This document shows positions 31,999-38,559 of a stretch of 38,559 bases of DNA, one piece after another. How positions within the stretch are numbered: the stretch's first letter is position 1; every line of letters begins with the position of its first letter. Location of the stretch: assembly GCA_024654605.1 (NCBI GenBank), contig JANLHH010000054.1, forward strand, positions 1 through 38,559, in the 5' to 3' direction. This DNA is from Patescibacteria group bacterium. GTDB taxonomy: Bacteria > Patescibacteriota > Minisyncoccia > Phycocordibacterales > JANLHH01. The notes beneath the pieces are model-generated. The model ran no database searches, was not told the DNA's origin, and saw only the letters and a program-made list of their open reading frames with translations. The translations under genes were made by a program, and so were the position numbers.

Positions 31999-34515
31999 CT
32001 ATTTTACATTAAACATAATTTGCGCCTCTCCTTTATTAAACACCGTATCGTATCCAACCACTGTAATTTGGTTTTGGTTTTTTATTATATCCAAATCACT
32101 TGGTGTAAAAGAAAATGTAAAAGGAGAATTTGTTGAAGACCCTATAAATACTCCATTAATAAAGAAGTCAACTTTAGAGAGTGGGTAAGTGCTGTTGTTT
32201 TGTGGTGTGATAGTAATTCTTTTATTTATCGCATGGAGAGTTTCTTGATTTGGTTCAATAATGGTGATCTTGGGAAAAAATTCAGGTTTATGAACATCAT
32301 CAAACTCCTTCGGTATTTTATCAGTTGTTTCTTGTTGGATATTTTGGTTTACTGCCCATTTTCTCACTGAATACTCCCAGAGATTAAACTGAGGATCTTT
32401 TTGCGGTTCAAGCGGATTTGCTCCAAGTGGGTCGTTTTTATTAACCCAATAGAGAATATTATGCACATTCATTAATACATGTTTTTCTTGTGTTTCTTTC
32501 GGGGTGTATTCGGTGGCTAGTTTTCCTGAAATACGATCAATAATATACTCCTCACTTCCTTGCCAAATACCCCGGAGTACCGGTTTAATATCTTCACTTA
32601 CTTTTAGAGGCTTCCTAAATTCCTCTTTCGGGTATTCTTTTAATATTTCTTGCATGAACGCGTTCCACATAGGAGCAACAATAAACCCCGCAACCTTTTT
32701 CTCCATAGAGGTATTGTCATTGTTTCCCGCCCATGTGCCAACCGCCACAGAAGGGGTATATCCAATGATCCAGGCATCCTTATAGTCGTTCGTGGTACCT
32801 GTTTTTACCGCAACATCATTGTTTTCAATATAAAGATATGATTGTGCGCCAAACGCCGGCGTTCGCGCGACATTATCCGACAGAATGTCGGATATTTGGA
32901 TCGTAATATCATCTGAAATAACGCGCTGTGGTTTTGGCTCAAACTCCTCTAATACATTTCCATTTTTATCTTCAATCCGCAAAATACCCGTATAAGGATT
33001 TCGTACACCCTCATTGGCAAACACCCCATAGGCATTTGTCATTTCAAGAAGGGATACTTCACCGCCTCCCAACACTAAAGTAAGGCCATATTGGTTTGTG
33101 TTGGTAAGACTAGTGATACCAAAGTCTTTTGCTGTTTGAAGAGAGTCGGACAACCCAGCCAAATAGAGCGTCTTTAAGGCTGGAATATTGACCGATTGGG
33201 CCAATGCGTCGCGAAGCGACATGGGTCCTCGGTATATGCCGTCATAATTGGTCGGCAGATAACAATCATTGGGATCTACCTCGCTTGAGAGAGGGTGCCC
33301 CTCAGGGTCGCAGGTGGTCTGGAATTGTGTTGGAAGATCAAATACAACCGTGTCGGGAGTATATCCTTTTTTAAAAGCGGTCGCATACACAAATGGTTTG
33401 AATGCAGAACCGGGTTGTCGCTCTGCCAGAGTAATATTGAAATTACCATCAATCTCTTTATCAAAATAATTACGGGAACCAACCATGACCAAAACCTGCC
33501 CCGTCTTTGGATCAATAGCAATCATTCCCGCGTTTGAAGCGTTAAATTTTTCCACATTTTCTTTTACATATTGCTCTATGATTTCTTCAGCTTTTTTCTG
33601 AAGATCATAACGAAGGGTTGTGGTTACCGTAAGCCCTCCCTCCTCCACCAAATCTTTACCGTATTTTTTTTCGAGATAGGAACGAACAAAGAATACAAAA
33701 TGCGGCGCTTTTATTCCTCTTTCTTCTACAGGAATAAATTCAACCGTTTCCGCAAGCGCTGTATTTTTTTCTTCTTCAGAAATAAACCCGAGTTCGCGCA
33801 TTCTTTTCAAAACGAGGTTTTTTCGATCGTTCAAACCATCCTTATTGTTTCCATAAGGGGAATAGAAGGTCGGTGCCTGCGGAAGAGCCGCCAAGTACGC
33901 AGCTTCAGCAAGAGTGATGTCTTTCACACTTTTTCCAAAAAACGCCCGACTAGCCTCTTCAGCACCATAGATATTACCTCCATAAGGAGCCTCATTAAGA
34001 TAAATGGTCAAGATATCCTCCTTACTCATCACACGTTCAAGCTTTACTGAGAGCGCCCACTCTTTGAGCTTTCGTGATATCGTTTTTTCTTGGGTAAGGA
34101 GAGAGTTTTTAACAACTTGCTGGGTAATAGTTGAGCCTCCTTGCGAGAAACCAAATGACCCCACGTTCACCATAATAGCGCGTAATATCGCTTGCGGCTT
34201 GATTCCGTGGTGCTGATAGAATTCCGCATCTTCAATCGCAACGGTTGCGTTTTTTAAATAACGAGAGATATCACCAAAAGGCACCACAGTTCTTTTTATG
34301 TCTTGATGGATGTCATAGAGAAGGATTTTTCCTGTCGCATCGTAGATTTTTGTGGATTGCGCAACCTTACGCTCCTCAAAGGAGGTAAAGTCGGGCATTT
34401 TTAATGATACAGCCCACAATAAGAGCGCTCCCGTCACCAGAAAACCGATACTAAGAAAAAGGATTGGTATATTCCCGAGAGGATGTCTTTTTTTAATATT
34501 CCTTCTTACAGTCAT
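31999..34515 (-). CDS. Class A penicillin-binding protein (glycosyltransferase plus transpeptidase) with a C-terminal extension
   Basis: It has an N-terminal TM helix. GT51 motifs are EDAEFYQHHGI, GGSTITQQ and RKLKEW. Transpeptidase motifs are SAFKP (SxxK), SVN and KTGT. An extra beta-rich C-terminal region of about 150 aa follows. Confidence 0.92.
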   Translation of the reverse strand: MTVRRNIKKRHPLGNIPILFLSIGFLVTGALLLWAVSLKMPDFTSFEERKVAQSTKIYDATGKILLYDIHQDIKRTVVPFGDISRYLKNATVAIEDAEFYQHHGIKPQAILRAIMVNVGSFGFSQGGSTITQQVVKNSLLTQEKTISRKLKEWALSVKLERVMSKEDILTIYLNEAPYGGNIYGAEEASRAFFGKSVKDITLAEAAYLAALPQAPTFYSPYGNNKDGLNDRKNLVLKRMRELGFISEEEKNTALAETVEFIPVEERGIKAPHFVFFVRSYLEKKYGKDLVEEGGLTVTTTLRYDLQKKAEEIIEQYVKENVEKFNASNAGMIAIDPKTGQVLVMVGSRNYFDKEIDGNFNITLAERQPGSAFKPFVYATAFKKGYTPDTVVFDLPTQFQTTCDPEGHPLSSEVDPNDCYLPTNYDGIYRGPMSLRDALAQSVNIPALKTLYLAGLSDSLQTAKDFGITSLTNTNQYGLTLVLGGGEVSLLEMTNAYGVFANEGVRNPYTGILRIEDKNGNVLEEFEPKPQRVISDDITIQISDILSDNVARTPAFGAQSYLYIENNDVAVKTGTTNDYKDAWIIGYTPSVAVGTWAGNNDNTSMEKKVAGFIVAPMWNAFMQEILKEYPKEEFRKPLKVSEDIKPVLRGIWQGSEEYIIDRISGKLATEYTPKETQEKHVLMNVHNILYWVNKNDPLGANPLEPQKDPQFNLWEYSVRKWAVNQNIQQETTDKIPKEFDDVHKPEFFPKITIIEPNQETLHAINKRITITPQNNSTYPLSKVDFFINGVFIGSSTNSPFTFSFTPSDLDIIKNQNQITVVGYDTVFNKGEAQIMFNVK

Positions 34516-34571
34516 TTAAATGAATAATACCACAAAAGACAAAAGGGGGTAATTATGATACATTAGAAATT

Positions 34572-35966
34572 ATGGAGGACCCCGAAGTAAAAATAAATGA
34601 AATACTCACGCGGGGTATCGGAGAGCTTGTAGATCCCGAAGGCGTCTTCAAAGAAAAGCTCGCCAAGAAAACACGAGGTGAGTATAAGGGCGAGATTATC
34701 GTAAAATTCGGCGTAGATCCGACGCGGCCCGACATCCATCTTGGGCACGCGGTCGTGTTGCGCAAACTTCGCCAACTACAAGACCTTGGATGCAAGGCTG
34801 TTTTTCTGGTCGGAGATTTTACGGCACAAATAGGGGATCCGACCGGTAAAAACAAGATACGGCCTGAAATAGAACAAAAAGAAGTGGAACACAATCTCAA
34901 AACCTACCTGGACCAAGTAGGTAAGATATTGCTGACCAACAAAGAAGCGTTTTCTTGGATTCGCAATTCAGATTGGTTTATGGGAATCACCGATCTTTTT
35001 GTTCCCCAGCCGGTCACCTATACCGACAACACAACCGGACAAAACGTAGTCTTTCCGCCGAACTCTTTTCAGGCAAAAGCGGCAGTCTATGACAAAACGC
35101 GTATGCAAACAAGCGTGCTTAACAAAACAGAGATACATAATATTACCCTGCGCACATTTCTCTCAATATTAAGAAATGTAACACACTCGCAATTGGTTCA
35201 ACGAGACATGTTCGCAGAGCGGATCAAAAAAGGAGAGGAGTTATATATGCATGAGATGCTCTACCCGATACTCCAGGGCGTGGATTCACATGTTCTCTAT
35301 AAGGTATACGGAAGTTGTGATGTGGAGATCGGAGGTACTGACCAAACATTCAACATGCTCATGGGAAGGACAGTTATGAAAGCAGGGAAACAAGAACCCC
35401 AAGCGGTCATGAGTATGAAAATATTGGAAGGATTGGATGGAAAGGAAAAGATGAGCAAGAGTCTCGATAATTATATCGCCATCACCGATACCCCAGAGGA
35501 TATGTATGGAAAAGTGATGTCTCTTCCTGACACGTCAATCGTGCGCTATTACGAACTCTGCACTTATACACCCCAAGGAGAGGTAGAGGAAATAGGAAAT
35601 ATACTCGCGGAAGGAAAGATAAATCCTCGGGATATAAAAATGAAACTTGCACACCAGATCGTCTCCATTTACCACGGAGAAAAAGAAGCAGAGAAAGCGG
35701 AAGAATCATTCGTTCACACGTTCCAAAAAAAAGAAATTCCAACCGACATGCCTGAGACAAGAGCGGATAAAGGAGAAGTCTTAGCGGATGTATTGCTTAA
35801 AGCAGGACTAGTCTCTTCAAAGAGCGATTTCAGAAGATTGGCGGCCGAGGGTGCGATCAAAGATATAGAAACGAACGAAAAGATCACTGATGCGCACGTG
35901 ACGGTGCAAAAAACCATCATCCTTAAAATAGGGAAGAAGAAATTTGCAAAGGTAGTGACTAAGTAA
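34572..35966 (+). CDS. tyrS: Tyrosine--tRNA ligase
   Basis: It has HLGH (HIGH motif), GDPTGK, KMSKS and a C-terminal S4-like domain (LADVLLKAGLVSSKSDFRRL). The HIGH-to-KMSKS spacing is longer than in the textbook enzymes. Confidence 0.9.
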   Translation: MEDPEVKINEILTRGIGELVDPEGVFKEKLAKKTRGEYKGEIIVKFGVDPTRPDIHLGHAVVLRKLRQLQDLGCKAVFLVGDFTAQIGDPTGKNKIRPEIEQKEVEHNLKTYLDQVGKILLTNKEAFSWIRNSDWFMGITDLFVPQPVTYTDNTTGQNVVFPPNSFQAKAAVYDKTRMQTSVLNKTEIHNITLRTFLSILRNVTHSQLVQRDMFAERIKKGEELYMHEMLYPILQGVDSHVLYKVYGSCDVEIGGTDQTFNMLMGRTVMKAGKQEPQAVMSMKILEGLDGKEKMSKSLDNYIAITDTPEDMYGKVMSLPDTSIVRYYELCTYTPQGEVEEIGNILAEGKINPRDIKMKLAHQIVSIYHGEKEAEKAEESFVHTFQKKEIPTDMPETRADKGEVLADVLLKAGLVSSKSDFRRLAAEGAIKDIETNEKITDAHVTVQKTIILKIGKKKFAKVVTK

Positions 35967-35986
35967 GACTCACGGAGTAATGAGTA

Positions 35987-36022
35987 AGCAAAAACACCAC
36001 CGTAAGAGGTGGTGTTTTTGCT
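35987..36022. terminator. Bidirectional rho-independent terminator
   Basis: AGCAAAAACACCACC-gtaaga-GGTGGTGTTTTTGCT. Confidence 0.75.
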
Positions 36023-36036
36023 ATTCCCGTCTTTAA

Positions 36037-36165
36037 CTATTCTTCCTCAACCAGATCGTCAAGTTCTCCCAATACACTGTCATCGTCGTCATCAGGGAAT
36101 GCGTCAGTATCAAGTTCTTCTTCCACTATTTCCTCATCAAGAGATGTCATAAAGTCGTCGTTCAT
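36037..36165 (-). CDS. Candidate 42-aa extremely acidic peptide
   Basis: My own translation is MNDDFMTSLDEEIVEEELDTDAFPDDDDDSVLGELDDLVEEE. It ends 15 nt before the terminator hairpin. It has no homology support and is below the ORF-track cutoff. Confidence 0.3.
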   Translation of the reverse strand: MNDDFMTSLDEEIVEEELDTDAFPDDDDDSVLGELDDLVEEE

Positions 36166-36258
36166 ATAAAAAGTTTACGTTAATGTAGGCGTGTAATTAG
36201 CGACCTCTAAATTACAGCTATATTTGTATCAAAATAAAAAAAATGTTGCAACAGTTCT

Positions 36259-36750
36259 CTACCCTTTATGTGGATAACGTGGAGAAATAGAGGCAAGGGC
36301 GGTGAGACCGATGGCTATAGCGTCCATTTCGTCGTCACTGGTAACGGTTTTTTTTACTTCTATCAGCTTATCCACCATCCTCTCTACTTCCGTTTTGGTA
36401 GCCCTTCCATATCCGGTAACCGCGATCTTTACCTGGAGTGGGGTGTACTCATGAAGCGAAAGCCCCAGAGAAGTTGCGGCATAAATAATAACACCGCGCG
36501 CTTCAGCAACCCGCATGACTGTTTTTTGGTTGGTGTTAAAGAAAAGAGTTTCTATCGCGAGACCGTCCGGCTTCCATTCTTTTGTTAATCGGGTGATTTC
36601 CACCCCTATCATATTGAGTCGGGTCGCGAAAGGTTTCCCGCTTGATGTTTTAAAACATGAAGAATACAACAAGTGTTCCTTGGAATTTTGTTTTTCCAAA
36701 ATAGCAATACCAATACGTTCAAAACCCGGATCTATGGCGAGAATTTTCAT
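36259..36750 (-). CDS. ruvC: Crossover junction endodeoxyribonuclease RuvC
   Basis: MKILAIDPGFERIGIAILE carries the first catalytic Asp. Later E and D residues and the RNase H-like fold pattern are present (163 aa). Confidence 0.9.
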   Translation of the reverse strand: MKILAIDPGFERIGIAILEKQNSKEHLLYSSCFKTSSGKPFATRLNMIGVEITRLTKEWKPDGLAIETLFFNTNQKTVMRVAEARGVIIYAATSLGLSLHEYTPLQVKIAVTGYGRATKTEVERMVDKLIEVKKTVTSDDEMDAIAIGLTALASISPRYPHKG

Positions 36751-36774
36751 AGGAAAGAAAAAGTTTAATACACT

Positions 36775-37305
36775 TTATTCGGCATTCGTGAACACATTCT
36801 GCACGTCATCATTGTCCTCCAGTTCTTCAATGATTCTTTTTAAGTTTTCTCCATCTTCAAGAGAAAGAGGAGTGGATATTTTTGGAGACCATTCTCCATT
36901 ATTCTTTTCAAATGCCCAACTTGCGGCTCCTTGCGCCGCGAGAGAGGCGCCGTTTTTAGATAAAAGATATTTTATTTCTTGAGAGGTTCTGTTTCTGTTG
37001 TCGGTGAGTCCTTCAATAATAAGAGCGGATCCTCCCGGGCCGTACGCTTCATACACCACGTGTTCCATTTGCTCCGCCCCTTCGCCCACTCCTTTTTTAA
37101 CAGCCCGATCAATGTTATCAGCAGGCATATTCATCGCCTTTGCTTTTTCAATGGCGGTACGAAGGCCGGGCGCGTTCAAATCCCCCTTCGCGTTTTTTGA
37201 CTCCACGGCGACTAAACGAGCCAATTTTCCAAATATTTTACTCTTCTGCGCGTCAGAAGCCGCCTTTTTATGTTTTATTTTTGACCATTTACTGTGTCCT
37301 GACAT
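36775..37305 (-). CDS. yebC: YebC/PmpR (TACO1) family protein, unusually short form
   Basis: MSGHSKWSKIKHKKAA.DA.K.KIF.K, YEAYGPGG and TDNRNRT are the YebC signature. It is only 176 aa versus about 240, and appears to lack most of one domain. Confidence 0.85.
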   Translation of the reverse strand: MSGHSKWSKIKHKKAASDAQKSKIFGKLARLVAVESKNAKGDLNAPGLRTAIEKAKAMNMPADNIDRAVKKGVGEGAEQMEHVVYEAYGPGGSALIIEGLTDNRNRTSQEIKYLLSKNGASLAAQGAASWAFEKNNGEWSPKISTPLSLEDGENLKRIIEELEDNDDVQNVFTNAE

Positions 37306-37346
37306 GGTGTTTTTCTATAGGAGAAAAGGTTCTTACGCAGTGGGTC

Positions 37347-38411
37347 TTATAATAATTTTTCTTGCCGCTCCTGCGGGATATCGTATCCAAGATGATGATA
37401 CGCTCTGTTGGTGGCCGTGCGTCCGCGTGCTGTGCGCTCCAAAAGCCCTAATTGAATAAGATAAGGTTCACTCACTTCCTCAATCGTTCCTTCTTCTTCC
37501 GATATTGCCGCTGAAATGGTACCAAGACCTACAGGACCGCCCGCAAATTTAGTAATGATAGTTTCCAGTATTTTTCTATCAAGCGCATTGAGTCCCAGCT
37601 CGTCAATATCAAGAAGCATAAGTGCCTCACGCACTGTTTCTTTAGAGAGTTTTCCTTTATGCACCTGTGCGAAGTCGCGACATCGCTTGAGCAGATAGTT
37701 TGCGATGCGCGGCGTAAAGCGACTGCGCTTTGCAATTTCATCCGCCGCCTCGTCGTCTATGGGAACTCCTAAAATATGCGCTGATTGGGTAATGATTTTT
37801 TTCACCTCATCAGTCGTGTAGAATTCCAAGCGGAATGTCCCGCCCGAGAAACGTGAGCGGAGCGGGGAAGAGAGCAGGGAAATGCGCGTGGTGGCCGCGA
37901 TCAGGGTAAATGGCGGCAGGTCAAGCTGGATGGTGCGCGCCGAAGGACCCTTGCCGATAATGATATCAAGTGAACCGGATTCCATCGCAGGATAAAGGAC
38001 CTCCTCAATGAGCTTATTAAGGCGATGAATCTCATCTATAAAAAGAATATCTCCCGGAGAGAGATTGGTAAGGATAGAGGCAAGGTCGCCAACCTTTTCA
38101 ATCGCCGGTCCCGACGTTGCTCTCATCTGGGTGCCGCTCTCTGTTGCAATCAAATGAGCAAGCGTTGTTTTCCCTAACCCGGGCGGACCATAAAATAATA
38201 AGTGTTCGGGAGGGTGATTGCGCTCTTTTGCGGCAGTCAGGAGGATCTTCAAGTTACGTTTGATGTTTTCTTGGCCAATATAGCCATCCCAAGATCGCGG
38301 ACGCAGTGTTTGATCCAAGAAAAGTTCATCCGGTAGCATCTCTACTTCTTCTTTATGGTGCAAGTTGGTGGTGTCACTTGCCGAGGTCTTTCTTTCGTGG
38401 TTACTTGACAT
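37347..38411 (-). CDS. ruvB: Holliday junction branch migration helicase RuvB
   Basis: It has LRP..W..YIGQ, Walker [12 protein letters not shown], Walker [11 protein letters not shown], sensor and Arg finger motifs, and a C-terminal winged helix. Confidence 0.94.
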   Translation of the reverse strand: MSSNHERKTSASDTTNLHHKEEVEMLPDELFLDQTLRPRSWDGYIGQENIKRNLKILLTAAKERNHPPEHLLFYGPPGLGKTTLAHLIATESGTQMRATSGPAIEKVGDLASILTNLSPGDILFIDEIHRLNKLIEEVLYPAMESGSLDIIIGKGPSARTIQLDLPPFTLIAATTRISLLSSPLRSRFSGGTFRLEFYTTDEVKKIITQSAHILGVPIDDEAADEIAKRSRFTPRIANYLLKRCRDFAQVHKGKLSKETVREALMLLDIDELGLNALDRKILETIITKFAGGPVGLGTISAAISEEEGTIEEVSEPYLIQLGLLERTARGRTATNRAYHHLGYDIPQERQEKLL

Positions 38412-38559
38412 AAAATATATTTTATGATAGGGTATTAACTGTACAACAAGGAGTTGCGCAACTCCTTCTCAGTTCTATTCAGCACATAATCCTCTAAGCA
38501 ACTAACGTGGGTGTTAATTAAGGACGCCTTGGTTGCACGTTTCGGCGTGCGTACTGAAG

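Noticed and set aside
1-38559. CRISPR arrays, IS elements or transposases, diversity-generating retroelements, rRNA genes, and alternative genetic code use (TGA recoding).
   Set aside because: I saw no spaced direct repeats, no transposase or reverse-transcriptase ORFs and no rRNA-like sequence. TGA ends comM at a sensible C-terminus, and all ORFs are intact under the standard code.

Overview
This 38.6 kb window is a gene-dense chromosomal segment read in the standard code (TGA works as a stop). Gene content and style suggest a small-genome Patescibacteria/CPR-like bacterium, but that is inference only. It contains the replication origin neighbourhood, with rpmH-rnpA-yidD-yidC-jag on the minus strand facing dnaA-dnaN-DUF721 on the plus strand. 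DnaA boxes lie upstream of dnaA, and the dnaA-dnaN spacer is extremely AT-rich. Ordinary housekeeping genes fill much of the rest:
- tRNA and translation: partial tRNA-Arg, cca, rpsO, tyrS, rsmA.
- DNA repair and recombination: xth, a XerC/D-like recombinase, comM/yifB, a UvrD/PcrA helicase, ruvB-yebC-ruvC.
- Cell wall: a LysM-M23 peptidase and a class A PBP.

The standout is a roughly 12.5 kb block (13659-26226). Its core looks like a minimal Gram-positive-type (prgH/prgI/prgJ-like) type IV secretion apparatus:
- a VirB6/TrbL-like polytopic protein;
- a PrgI/VirB3-like protein;
- a separate ORF resembling a VirB4 N-terminal domain;
- a VirB4 ATPase;
- a VirB2/TrbC-like pilin.

Seven further ORFs in the block have no family I can assign; six are signal- or membrane-anchored and one is an acidic cytoplasmic protein. 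I see no relaxase, coupling protein, VirB11, integrase or flanking repeats.

Other signals:
- two long convergent intergenic gaps hold strongly structured candidate ncRNAs;
- a recurrent TGCTATAAT-type extended -10 motif sits 6-11 nt before many start codons, implying leaderless mRNAs, and Shine-Dalgarno motifs are almost absent;
- perfect DnaA boxes occur away from oriC;
- the peptidase gene encodes its membrane anchor upstream of any canonical start codon.

All calls come from reading the sequence and the ORF translations; no database search was run.
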